A stretch of DNA of 64,000 nucleotides from Laetmonice hystrix (lineage: Eukaryota): contig OZ249448.1 of the NCBI GenBank assembly GCA_965235115.1, positions 24,800,001 through 24,864,000 of the forward strand. Reading direction: 5' to 3'. A model generated the notes under the pieces. It did no database searches and was not told the origin of the DNA. It worked only from the letters and a program-made list of their open reading frames with translations. Shown one piece after another: positions 13,288 to 26,018 of the stretch; the first letter of the stretch is position 1; every line of letters begins with the position of its first letter. The position numbers were made by a program, and so were the translations under genes.

Positions 13288-13700
13288 GTAAGTTCTCAAC
13301 CAAAAGTCCCTCTCAATTACTTTTTTTTATTTACATAAGATAACGACCAATTCTCCAAGGTGACCTTTCAATTTAATGGTCAATAAAGAGCTGCAGGATA
13401 TAGAGTCTGCTGGGCAGCACAAACTGTGTGTGCCTCGTCCCCACTCGTGTACCAACCAGGACTATCGGGACTTAGGCAATCCGAGTGTGTCAGCAGCCTT
13501 CCTCAGTCACAATGATCTCAACCTCAGACTGTGGGTATCTCTGTATGCTGGGGCCTGGTTGGTTTGGTCAATGTTGAAAGTAGCTCGTCCCTTTTCGAAT
13601 ATTGGCCTACTTAACACATGGCCCATTGGCTGCCCCTGTGTCTCCAGCCAAACCCATACAAGGGCCGCACATGATGGCCCATACATGGGCCATACATGGC

Positions 13701-14402
13701 CCACCAGCAGCTCTATGTATTTGTTACCCCAGTCAGTACCTACCCCACCACCAGCAGCTCTATCTTACCCCAGTCAGTACCTGCCCCACCAGCAGCTCTA
13801 TCTTACCCCAGTCAGTACCTGCCCCACCAGCAGCCCTATGTATATCTTACCCCAGTCAGTACCTGCCCCGCCAGCAGCCCTATGTATTTCTTACCCCAGT
13901 CAGTACCTGCCCCACCAGCAGCCCTATGTATTTCTTACCCCAGTCAGTACCTACCCCACCAGCAGCCCTATGTATTTCTTACCCCAGTCAGTACCTGCCC
14001 CACCAGCAGCCCTATGTATTTCTTACCCCAGTCAGTACCTACCCCACCACCAGTAGCCCTATGTATTTCTTACCCCAGTCAGTACCTGCCCCACCAGCAG
14101 CCCTATGTATTTCTTACTCCAGTCAGTACCTGCCCCACCAGCAGCTCTATGTATTTCTTACCCCAGTCAGTACCTACCCCACCAGCAGCCCTATGTATTT
14201 CTTACTCCAGTCAGTACCTACCCCACCAGCAGCCCTATGTATGTCTTACCCCAGTCAGTACCTGCCCCACCACCAGCCCTATGTATTTCTTACCCCAGTC
14301 AGTACCTGCCCCACCAGCAGCCCTATGTATGTCTTACCCCAGTCAGTACCTGCCCCACCAGCAGCCCGTTATATTTCCTACCCCAGTCAGTACTTGCCCC
14401 AC
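13701..14402. repeat. 44-bp minisatellite, ~16 copies
   Basis: CCAGCAGCCCTATGTATTTCTTACCCCAGTCAGTACCTGCCCCA; explains ORFs 13376-14621. Confidence 0.97.
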
Positions 14403-14855
14403 CCGTTGTGTTTTGACGGCGGACCACCTCCACTGCTGATTTCCACAGGGACGCTAGAATTACCCTGCCTCCGGCAGTTTACCCGACACAAACACTACAA
14501 ATGGCAAGGTACACACTCAGTCGTCGGGTTTTTTTCTCGGTCATGCTCGATTATTGTAGAAATATCCCCGAACGTCCAACAACTTGTTTATAGTTTGCAT
14601 GACAAGATGTCATATTTTTAGACGTCAAGGAAAGCCAGAAACATATTAATGTTTCAAACTAACCAATTTCCCCTTCTTTACTGTGGCCCTATAGCAGTCA
14701 AGCCGTCCCACCCCCATGGTCGCCCTCCAAGCCCCCCACCCCCCAGCCCGAGAAATCAATACCACAGTCTGCAGAGCTCTCCAAGGTGGTGGCAGCTGGG
14801 AGACAACTGATGGGAGTTATCATAACGGGGAGGGAAAAAACCTTACGATATCACA

Positions 14856-15590
14856 TCATCCCATCAAATATAAACTACCCTGTGAGTGACACCATCACAT
14901 CAAACATAAACTACTCTGTGAGTGACACCATCACATCAAACATAAACTACCCTGTGAGTGACACCATCACATCAAACATAAACTACTCTGTGAGTGACAC
15001 CATCACATCAAACATAAACTACCCTGTGAGTGACACCATCACATCAAACATAAACTACTCTGTGAGTGACACCATCACATCAAACATAAACTACCCTGTG
15101 AGTGACACCATCACATCAAACATAAACTACTCTGTGAGTGACACCATCACATCAAACATAAACTACCCTGTGAGTGACACCATCACATCAAACATAAACT
15201 ACTCTGTGAGTGACACCATCACATCAAACATAAACTACCCTGTGAGTGACACCATCACATCAAACATAAACTACCCTGTGAGTGACACCATCACATCAAA
15301 CATAAACTACCCTGTGAGTGACACCATCACATCAAACATAAACTACCTGGTACAGGGGAGTGACACCATCACATCAAACATAGACTACCCTGTGAGTGAC
15401 ACCATCACATCAAACATAAACTACCTGGTACAGGAGAGTGACACCATCACATCAAACATAGACTACCCTGTGAGTGACACCATCACATCAAACATAAACT
15501 ACCTGGTACAGGGGAGTGACTTCATCACATCAAACATAAACTAACTGGTACAGGGGAGTGACTTCATCACATCAAACATAAACTACCTGG
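14856..15590. repeat. 36-bp minisatellite, ~20 copies, with a 42-bp variant at the right end
   Basis: CATCACATCAAACATAAACTACCCTGTGAGTGACAC. Confidence 0.97.
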
Positions 15591-15773
15591 TACAGAGAGC
15601 GGCAGGACTGTTCACATCAAGCTCCGGTCCGCTCCTGGGCGACACCTCCAGTACCCCGCGAGTTTTACTGAGTAACCATTAACGTGACAATATCAGAGAT
15701 GCACTATACAATGTCGTTTATCATCCTCCATCGATAAATACCTTACTGTGGGATCCCCAGTCTTTTCTTGCAG

Positions 15774-15894
15774 ATATTCGCCAGTAATTGACAGCATCTG
15801 TCATCTTGTAATTAAACTGAGTAGTCTGTGGCTTCAGTCGATTAAAAATATCCCACTTAAACTCGATACGTCAATATTGAGAGTTCACCTCCTG
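15774..15894 (+). CDS. Putative exon (phase 2-0) YSPVIDSICHLVIKLSSLWLQSIKNIPLKLDTSILRVHLL
   Basis: tcttttcttgcag| and ctg|gtaaaa; one frame open. Confidence 0.45.
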
Positions 15895-16053
15895 GTAAAA
15901 GATAAAGGAGACGGCTTACACGGAAAGAACTGATTAAATGAACAACCTTTTCTATTACACGATGACAGGCACGGTAAGCCGACCCTGTCATTGAAGGTCT
16001 TATGTTAAGGTTTCAATATCCAACATATCACATTAATACTAACACAATCCTTT

Positions 16054-16710
16054 CTGTCACACCACCTCATCACAGGCAGACTACGCTCCACCACTGACAT
16101 GTCACACCGCCTCACCACAAACCACGCTCCATCACTGACATGCCACACCGCCTCACCACAGACAAACCACGCTCCACCACTGACATGTCACACCGCCTCA
16201 CCACAGACAAACCACGCTCCACCACTGACATGTCACACCGCCTCACCACAGACAAACCACGCTCCATCACTGACATGTCACAGCGCCTCACCACAGACAA
16301 ACCACGCTCCATCACTGACATGTCACACCGCCTCACCACAGACAAACCACGCTCCACCACTGACATGTCACACCGCCTCACCACAAACCACGCTCCATCA
16401 CTGACATGTCACACCGCCTCACCACAAACCACGCTACATCACTGACATGTCACACCGCCTCACCACAGACAAACCACGCTCCATCACTGACATGTCACAC
16501 CGCCTCGCCACAGACAAACCACGCTCCTTCACTGACATGTCACACCGCCTCACCACAAACCACGCTCCATCACTCACATGTCCATGTACTACTCACTCTC
16601 CCAACCTGTCCGTGCTCGTGACCTGCCATAAAACTGTTCTCAAGAACATTTTCTGTCACACCGCCTCATCACCACCACGCTTCATCACTCACATGTCCAT
16701 GTACTACTCA
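16054..16710. repeat. 45/41-bp minisatellite, ~12 copies plus a degenerate outlier
   Basis: CCACCACTGACATGTCACACCGCCTCACCACA(GACA)AACCACGCT. Confidence 0.95.
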
Positions 16711-17450
16711 CATCTTCCTCCTGACTTCCAGTATCTCAGAAGCGACCCCTGGTGGAGCTCTTGATCTCCTCGCACCCAGATGACCTCCCCGATGACCTCA
16801 CATACCACGGGGACCCAGAACCACTACTCACCCTTCCCGCCCACATGATCAAGGCAACTTCCACCTTCAATACGCCAAACCTTGTATCCGACATTTTACT
16901 AAAAGAGCGCCCACGTATCTGGAGTTAACAGTTGAAAGTATCCACATAATTTTAATGGTAGCCACCGACATGCAAGTTGCGCATCAGGTATTTTTTTGTT
17001 TCTCAATATTAGCTTTCTAACAGAAGATTTTAAAACATTTTTCGTACCAACAGAACCAGATTGGCGTCAACACCACCACGACAACCCCACACCACCCCGC
17101 GCCGATCCCCAGTCTTGTATTTACCCTCGACTGTATAACCAAACAAGGACTGGCCACACCAGACATACAGACAGACCACGCACAGCTCGCTCGGCGCACA
17201 TTTTATGCCAACAATGCATCTTTTTCTCTCTATTCCCATCGGTCAATTGGCGCTGAGCTTGATTTAATGTGGCCAGGCTGGAGCGGGGGTCTGTGTGTGG
17301 GAGGTGGCTTGTGTGTGTGTAGGGGGGGGGGGAGTCTGTGTGTGGGTGGGAGCTACAGTGGTAGACGCCGGCGCTAGCGTTCACTCAGCGGGCTCTGAGA
17401 ATGGCTTGAATTAGTTCACATAGAATCTGTGCTAAACAACAGCGAAATAG

Positions 17451-18097
17451 TGGGATCACCCTCAAAAATCAATCTTTTAACACAGGTTCTCTGCAACACG
17501 TCACCTATAGATACTGGGATCAAACTCAAAAATCAATCATTTAACACTGGTTCTTTGCAACACGTCACCTATAGATACTGGGATCACACTCAAAAATCAA
17601 TTATTTAACACTGGTTCTGTGCAACACGGCACCTATAGATACAGGGATCACACTTAAAAATCAATCATTTAACACTGGTTCTCTGCAACACGTCACCTAT
17701 AGATACAGGGATCACACTTAAAAATCAATCATTTAACACTGGTTCTCTGCAACACGTCACCTATAGATACTGGGATCACACTCAAAAATCAATCATTTAA
17801 CACGGGTTCTGTGCAACACGGCACCTATAGATACTGGGATCACCCTCAAAAATCAATCATTTAACACGGGTTCTGTGCAACACGGCACCTATAGATACTG
17901 GGATCACACTCAAAAATCAATCATTTAACACTGGTTCTCTGCAACACGTCACCTATAGATACTGGGATCACACTCAAAAATCAATCATTTAACACTGGTT
18001 CTGTGCAACACGGCACCTATAGATACTGGGATCACCCTCAAAAATCAATCATTTAACACGGGTTCTGTGCAACACGGCACCTATAGATACTGGGATC
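17451..18097. repeat. 64-bp minisatellite, ~10 copies
   Basis: GGATCACACTCAAAAATCAATCATTTAACACTGGTTCTGTGCAACACGGCACCTATAGATACTG. Confidence 0.97.
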
Positions 18098-18546
18098 AGC
18101 AAACACAGGATCTCTGCTAAACGATGCCCAGATCCTAGAATCACACTTCAAAGTCAATCAGCAAACACAAGATCTCTGACAAATAAAGAACAAATCTTTC
18201 ACTAATACGCTCATAAGAACTGGTATTTGATTATTACAAAAACACAAGTCGTATGCGAGGTAGCTAAAGCTCCCACTCTCAGCATATAATCCTACCAAAT
18301 CTTAGGATCTTCACCTAATCTGTTCTATATCTTCTCTCTGCTTCGTGTGTTTATGTCCTCGACAGAAGATCCTATGTATTTCAACATTTTACCTCATGGC
18401 GTCAAAGAAGAAAAATAGCAGTTTGTCTGTGATATTTATGGTGACTGCCTTGATTGGTACTGTTGGCGTGATGGTCAATAAAACAGGTAGAGCTGCGTCC
18501 ACGGCGTGGACTGCAGCAGTACGAGAACAATAAAATTAATGATGAT

Positions 18547-21288
18547 AGAGCCTGCAGCCAACCCGGCACCAGGTCTGATGGAGCCTGGAGCCAACCTGGC
18601 ACAAGGTCTGTGGGTTGTGAGAGCCTGCAGCCAACCTGGCACAAGATCTGAGGGTTGTGAGAGCCTGCAGCCAACCTGTCACAAGGTCTGAAAGTTGTGA
18701 GAGCCTGCAGCCAACCTGGCACAAGGTCTGAGGGTTGTGAGAGCCTGCAGCCAACCTGGCACAAGGTCTGAGGGTTGTGAGAGCTTGCAGCCAACCTGGC
18801 ACCAGGTCTGTGGGTTGTGAGAGCCTGCAGCCAACCTGGCACAAGGTCTAAGGGTTGTGAGAGCTTGCAGCCAACCTGGCACAAGGTCTAAGGGTTGTGA
18901 GAGCCTGCAGCCAACCTGGCACAAGGTCTAAGGGTTGTGAGAGCTTGCAGCCAACCTGGCACAAGGTCTAAGGGTTGTGAGAGCCTGCAGCCAACCTGGC
19001 ACAAGGTCTAAGGGTTGTGAGAGCCTGCAGCCAACCTGGCACAAGGTCTAAGGGTTGTGAGAGCCTGGAGCCAACCTGTCACAAGGTCTGAGGGTTGTGA
19101 GAGCCTGCAGCCAACCTGGCACAAGGTCTGTGGGTTGTGAGAGCCTGCAGCCAACCTGGCACAAGGTCTGTGGGTTGTGAGAGCCTGCAGCCAACCTGTC
19201 ACAAGGTCTGAGGGTTGTGAGAGCCTGCAGCCAACCTGGCACAAGGTCTGAGGGTTGTGAGAGCCTGCAGCCAACCCGGCACCAGGTCTGATGGAGCCTG
19301 GAGCCAACCTGGCACAAGGTCTGTGGGTTGTGAGAGCCTGCAGCCAACCTGGCACCAGGTCTGTGGGTTGTGAGAGCCTGCAGCCAACCTGGCACAAGGT
19401 CTGAGGGTTGTGAGAGCCTGCAGCCAACCTGGCACAAGGTCTGTGGGTTGTGAGAGCCTGCAGCCAACCTGGCACAAGGTCTGTGGGTTGTGAGAGCCTG
19501 CAGCCAACCTGTCACAAGGTCTGAGGGTTGTGAGAGCCTGGAGCCAACCTGTCACAAGGTCTGAGGGTTGTGAGAGCCTGGAGCCAACCTGGCACAAGGT
19601 CTGAGGGTTGTGAGAGCCTGCAGCCAACCTGTCACAAGGTCTGAGGGTTGTGAGAGCCTGCAGCCAACCTGGCACAAGGTCTGAAAGTTGTGAGAGCCTG
19701 GAGCCAACCTGTCACAAGGTCTGAGGGTTGTGAGAGCCTGCAGCCAACCTGTCACAAGGTCTGAGGGTTGTGAGAGCCTGCAGCCAACCCGGCACCAGGT
19801 CTGATGGAGCCTGGAGCCAACCTGGCACAAGGTCAGCCAACCTGTCACAAGGTCTGAGGGTTATAAGAGCCTGTAGCCAACCTGGCACAAGGTCTGAGGG
19901 TTGTGAGAGCCTGCTGCCAACCTGGCACAAGGTCTGAGGGTTGTGAGAGCCTGCAGCCAACCTGGCACAAGGTCTGATGGAGCCTGGAGCCAACCTGGCA
20001 CAAGGTCTGAGGGTTGTGAGAGCCTGCAGCCAACCCGGCACAAGGTCTGTGGGTTGTGAGAGCCTGGAGCCAACCTGTCACAAGGTCTGAGGGTTGTGAG
20101 AGCCTGGAGCCAACCTGGCACAAGGTCTGAGGGTTGTGAGAGCCTGCAGCCAACCTGGCACCAGGTCTGTGGGTTGTGGGAGCCTGGAGCCAACCTGGCA
20201 CCAGGTCTGATGGAGCCTGGAGCCAACCTGGCACAAGGTCTGAGGGTTGTGAGAGCCTGCAGCCAACCCGGCACAAGGTCTGTGGGTTGTGAGAGCCTGG
20301 AGCCAACCTGTCACAAGGTCTGAGGGTTGTGAGAGCCTGGAGCCAACCTGGCACAAGGTCTGAGGGTTGTGAGAGCCTGGAGCCAACCTGGCACAAGGTC
20401 TGAGGGTTGTGAGAGCCTGCAGCCAACCTGGCACCAGGTCTGTGGGTTGTGAGAGCCTGCAGCCAACCTGGCACAAGGTCTGAAAGTTGTGAGAGCCTGC
20501 AGCCAACCTGGCACAAGGTCTGAAAGTTGTGAGAGCCTGCAGCCAACCTGTCACAAGGTCTGTGGGTTGTGAGAGCCTGCAGCCAACCCGGCACAAGGTC
20601 TGTGGGTTGTGAGAGCCTGCAGCCAACCTGTCACAAGGTCTGAGGGTTGTGAGAGCCTGCAGCCAACCTGGCACAAGGTCTGTGGGTTGTGAGAGCCTGC
20701 AGCCAACCTGGCACAAGGTCTGAGGGTTGTGAGAGCCTGGAGCCAACCTGTCACAAGGTCTGAGGGTTGTGAGAGCCTGCAGCCAACCTGGCACAAGGTC
20801 TGAGGGTTGTGAGAGCCTGCAGCCAACCTGGCACAAGGTCTGAGGGCTGTGAGAGCCTGCAGCCAACCTGGCACAAGGTCTGTGGGTTGTGAGAGCCTGC
20901 AGCCAACCTGGCACAAGGTCTGTGGGTTGTGAGAGCCTGCAGCCAACCTGGCACAAGGTCTGTGGGTTGTGAGAGCCTGCAGCCAACCTGGCACCAGGTC
21001 TGTGGGTTGTGAGAGCCTGGAGCCAACCTGGCACCAGGTCTGTGGGTTGTGAGAGCCTGGAGCCAACCTGGCACCAGGTCTGTGGGTTGTGAGAGCCTGG
21101 AGCCAGCCTGGCACACGGTCTGTGGGTTGTGAGAGCCTGGATCCAACCTGTCACAAGGTTTGTGGGTTGTGAGAGCCTGGAGCCAACCTGTCACAAGGTC
21201 TGATGGAGCCTGGGGCCAACCTGGCACAAGGTCTGATGGAGCCTACAGCCAACCTGTCACAAGGTCAGCCAACCTGGCACAAGGTCTG
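18547..21288. repeat. 40-bp minisatellite, ~70 units with interspersed variants
   Basis: GAGCCTGCAGCCAACCTGGCACAAGGTCTGAGGGTTGTGA; explains all ORFs 18402-21227. Confidence 0.98.
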
Positions 21289-21914
21289 AGCGTGAAGCCA
21301 TCCCTGGGGTGGTGCCGGCCTCTGGCTGCACATTCTATGTTTAAGTATAGCGTTATATACACGGATGTCTCAAACACGTACGAATGTCTCAAACACAGAC
21401 GAATGTCTCAAACTGTCACCCTGACCCGTGTCTCAAACTCAGATCCCTCTAAAGTTAGACAGAAGTGCCACAACCATGAACCGTGTACATAGATTCACCC
21501 AGCCACGCTGCTGTCCCAAACAAGGATATGGGCGGGTTCATTTTCTCAGCGCTTTCCTTGAGTCCGGTAACGGAGGCAAGGGTCCTGCCGGTCAACATCA
21601 ATAATTGAAACAACCATTTGTCTCCAGTAGCCTTGCTGTTAGTCACGTGACCTGAATACTTCCGGTAACGGCGTCCCCCACCACGGAGCCGAGGGGACGC
21701 TGCCACTAGGGGGAGCTACCTACAGCTCTGGACGCGTCGGGCCACCTACCTTAGTCAGTATGTGTCGTAACACCTTCGGTCTGGTAGCTGTAAACGTGTC
21801 ATTTCACAAGGTTACTGTGAAATACATCCATAAACAACCCTCAAAAAACCAACCCAACGTTTCATTCGCCTGCGGTCAGTGAATATAGTAGTGTGTAAAG
21901 TTTATCTGACAGTA

Positions 21915-22070
21915 GCCAGGCAACTAGCTAGTACGGAAATGAGCCAGACAACTAGCTAGTAAGGAAAGGAGCCAGCCAACTAGCTAGTAAGGAAAGGAAC
22001 CATCCAACTAGCTAGTAAGAAATGAAGCTCTCCAACTCGCTAGTAAAAAAAGGACTCAGCCAACTAGCCG
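21915..22070. repeat. Degenerate 24-bp tandem, ~6 copies
   Basis: AGCCAACTAGCTAGTAAGGAAAGG. Confidence 0.8.
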
Positions 22071-23030
22071 ACAGTCTGAGAAACAGACAGATTGATGTTA
22101 TCGTGACCTCAACAAGTCAAAATGACAGCAGGATGAACGCCCGTAATAAGCAGTTACATTGCCCTTCATTTCGAGGAATATGGATGAGTACATTGCTTGA
22201 CAACTACACCCAATCAGTGGCACTGCCAATCAGCTTGGTGAATAATAAACCAATTCCCATTACGTAACAGGACTGGATGAGTCCATTATGGGGAAGGGGT
22301 CGCTGGGACTGCTGCGGCAAACCTAGCAATGCAGCCAATACGGACATTCTGAACCCTTCCAAATACCTCTCAGTATACTGTAGAATTCCCGCCCAATTCA
22401 GCCACGCTTGGGTCAGTTCAGCGCTTTAACAACTAACTCTCATCATTAGAGACCTCTTTATTCACCACGTTATTTATTATGAATGCCTGCCAATACATTA
22501 GTATCATTTAGTCTTACAGTATCAATCGATAGCAAATAACAATGGAAATCGATTTAGTCAATACAGGTCTATCTCATTTTTTACCGTTAGAAAAACCATT
22601 TATAGTTTGAAATGGTCGGAGACTTTGGGCCAGGTCTCCTGCATCCTGCCATAACAGGATATTGCCATTCTAGTCCGTCACTAAGATCTGTACACCATGT
22701 GGCAGGCTACACATCAACGTCCTCTACCCATTACAACGCGCGCCAAGTGGCTGGTTCTAAAGGAGACCGGTGCCCATAACTCACGCAGTCGGCAGCCGGT
22801 CTCATTTTGCGCCATTTTCACAGAACGCCGGTCGCGGCACATCAAAGCCAGTTCGCTGTAGAATATTCCTTGACGTGCTTTCTAGGGCGTGTGTTTGTTC
22901 TCTGTTCTCTACGTTCCTGTGCAGCCCAATAGAACGTGTGTTCTTAGCGTATGACAAATTCAGGGTCACAATTTATGGTTCTTGAAAAGGTTTGTTCACT
23001 GTCTCCTGAAGCTCTGTCAAATGTCACATT

Positions 23031-23220
23031 NNNNNNNNNNNNNNNNNNNNNNNNNNNNNNNNNNNNNNNNNNNNNNNNNNNNNNNNNNNNNNNNNNNNNN
23101 NNNNNNNNNNNNNNNNNNNNNNNNNNNNNNNNNNNNNNNNNNNNNNNNNNNNNNNNNNNNNNNNNNNNNNNNNNNNNNNNNNNNNNNNNNNNNNNNNNNN
23201 NNNNNNNNNNNNNNNNNNNN
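23031..23220. other. Assembly gap (190 N)
   Basis: N run. Confidence 1.
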
Positions 23221-23381
23221 TTATCAAAATCGGTGGGTGCAAAATCCCTTATCCGGCCCTGCGTCTGAATAGTCACGTGATCCCAATTATTTTGTTCAAC
23301 CACCCGCACTTAAAGCGGCGTCTTTGAAAACGGCGACGAGTTGCACGTAATCACTACCTCATCTAATGCAAGTCTTCACTA

Positions 23382-23449
23382 CCTCATTGAATGACCTCAT
23401 CATTGAATGACCTCATCATTGAATGACCTCATCATTGAATGACCTCATC
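23382..23449. repeat. 16-bp tandem, ~4 copies
   Basis: CCTCATCATTGAATGA. Confidence 0.9.
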
Positions 23450-24502
23450 AGCAATATTATACAGCACCTGGCCACTTTTGTCCTCTCAAAATGTTATTAT
23501 CCGACCAAGATACGAGGATATCAGATCAGGTGTGTGTAAATGTTATGTGTAACCACGCGGTCGTGTGATGAGAAAGGATAGTGCCCCTCTAACTTTAATG
23601 ACGTTCCCAACACTCGTGCCTGATATAGTCCACCATCCTCTGAACACTGCCCTTAACACAGACCCGCGCCTTGCCGGCGTCTCAAAATATGCTGGTCAGG
23701 CTGTGGCGTCCTCCTGCTGGCACGCAGGAGGAATCTCAACGCCCTGGAGGACGCCACCTCTATGTCCCCCAGCCTCCACTCTCTGGGCAGTCTATACACA
23801 GCGCCTTTAACTTACCATACTGTGATCTGAGACCTGAAACTGGAGGTTGATCCAGAGCACGCAGAGACACAAGGTTCTAGGTCCCAACAAGAAACGTTAA
23901 AAACCTTTAATGAGTGTAATAATGTATTTAAAAACCGTTTTAATCACGTGTAGAGTGAGCTGTGTTTAAATACGGAATAAATCCTGAGATCGTATGGAAA
24001 GAACCCCACCTGTTACTGCTACACCCGTCAAGATTTTGTTTACTGTATGGTGTCGGTTGTATATGAGTATTCCTAATATCTCCACCGAGACGTTGGAGAG
24101 GTCGAGGCCCCCATCCCGGCCTCGGGTCGCCAAGACGCCCCCCGTCACTCCCCCTCTCCCACCATTACCTCCTCCTACTCTCAGAGATAGATCACCTCAG
24201 TTGACCTCAGTCAATACCTACCTACGAGGGTACCTTATATAACGGTGGTTGGGGGCACCTTCGTTTACCCTCTATATATGCACCCCGCATTGATGTGTCC
24301 CGCCGTCTCCTTCCTCATCTGAGGGGGCAGGTAGGGTCAATACAACAGTCCATGGATCCCGGTCAGCATCTTTCCCACCGGTAGATGGCGCCAGCAGATG
24401 TAGAGATGTTCACCGAGATCGGGCTCATCACAACGTAACATCCGGGGATCAGCCTTCCCGGCATGCCATTCGATAACAGTCAGTGGTTACCAGGTCAAAA
24501 TC

Positions 24503-25398
24503 ATCGCCAACCACTGCCATTGTACATCAAACTTCGACCTTTCTTAGAAACCTCGCCAACCACTGCCATTGTACATCAAACTTCGACCTTTCTTAGAAAC
24601 CTCGCCAACCACTGCCATTGTACATCAAACTTCGACCTTTCTTAGAAACCTCGCCAACCACTGCCATTGTACATCAAACTTCGACCTTTCTTAGAAACCT
24701 CGCCAACCACTGCCATTGTACATCAAACTTCGACCTTTCTTAGAAACCTCGCCAACCACTGCCATTGTACATCAAACTTCGACCTTTCTTAGAAACCTCG
24801 CCAACCACTGCCAAACTTCGACCTTTCTTAGAAACCTCGCCAACCACTGCCAAACTTCGACCTTTCTTAGCAACCTCGCCAACCACTGCCATGCATTGTA
24901 CATCAAACTTCGACCTTTCTTAGAAACCTCGCCAACCACTGCCATTGTACATCAAACTTCAACCTTTCTTAGAAACCTCGCCAACCACTGCCATTGTACA
25001 TCAAACTTCGACCTTTCTTAGAAACCTCGCCAACCACTGCCATTGTACATCAAACTTCAACCTTTCTTAGAAACCTGGCCAACCACTGCCATTGTACATC
25101 AAACTTCGACCTTTCTTAGAAACCTCGCCAACCACTGCCATTGTACATCAAACTTCGACCTTTCTTAGAAACCTCGCCAACCACTGCCATTGTACATCAA
25201 ACTTCGACCTTTCTTACAAACCTCGCCAACCACTGCCATTGTACGTCAAACTTCAACCTTTCTTAGAAACCTCGCCAACCACTGCCATTGTACATCAAAC
25301 TTCGACCTTTCTTAGAAACCTCGCCAACCACTGCCATTGTACATCAAACTTCAACCTTTCTTAGAAACCTCGCCAACCACTGCCATTGTACATCAAAC
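24503..25398. repeat. 49-bp minisatellite, ~18 copies
   Basis: CCACTGCCATTGTACATCAAACTTCGACCTTTCTTAGAAACCTCGCCAA. Confidence 0.97.
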
Positions 25399-25402
25399 GT
25401 AC

Positions 25403-26018
25403 ATGGCACACCACAGCAGGTGCCGCCTGTAGAGCCGAGGACCAGGCCAGAATATGGCACACCACAGCAAGTGCCGCCTGTAGAGCCGAGGACCAGGCCA
25501 GAATATGGCACACCACAGCAGGTGTCGCCTGTAGAGCCGAAGACAAGGCCAGAATATGGCACACCACAGCAAGTGCCGCCTGTAGAGCCGAGGACCAGGC
25601 CAGAATATGGCACACCACAGCAGGTGCCGCCTGTAGAGCCGAAGACAAGGCCAGAATATGGCACACCACAGCAGGTGTCGCCTGTAGAGCCGAGGACCAG
25701 GCCAGAATATGGCACACCACAGCAAGTGCCGCCTGTAGAACCGAAGACAAGGTCAGAATATGGCACACCACAGCAAGTGCCGCCTGTAGAGCCGAAGACA
25801 AGGCCAGAATATGGCACACCACAGCAAGTGCCGCCTGTAGAGCCGAAGACAAGGCCAGAATATCGCACACCACAGCAAGTGCCGCCTGTAGAGCCGAAGA
25901 CAAGGTCAGAATATGGCACACCACATCAAGTGCCGCCTGTAGAGCCGAAGACAAGGCCAGAATATGGCACACCACAGCAAGTGCCGCCTGTAGAGCCGAA
26001 GACAAGGCCAGAATATGG
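25403..26018. repeat. 51-bp minisatellite, 12 copies
   Basis: ATGGCACACCACAGCAAGTGCCGCCTGTAGAGCCGAAGACAAGGCCAGAAT. Confidence 0.97.

Noticed and set aside
13376-14621. Pro-rich ORFs of 226-339 aa
   Set aside because: Derived from the 44-bp array; only the unique 5' part (~13460-13540) might be exonic
18402-21227. Many 100-358 aa ORFs
   Set aside because: All are translations of the 40-bp array in shifting frames
23221-23270. CAGGGCCGGATAAGGGATTTT (minus) resembling a DNA-transposon terminus
   Set aside because: The partner end would lie in the gap; cannot be verified
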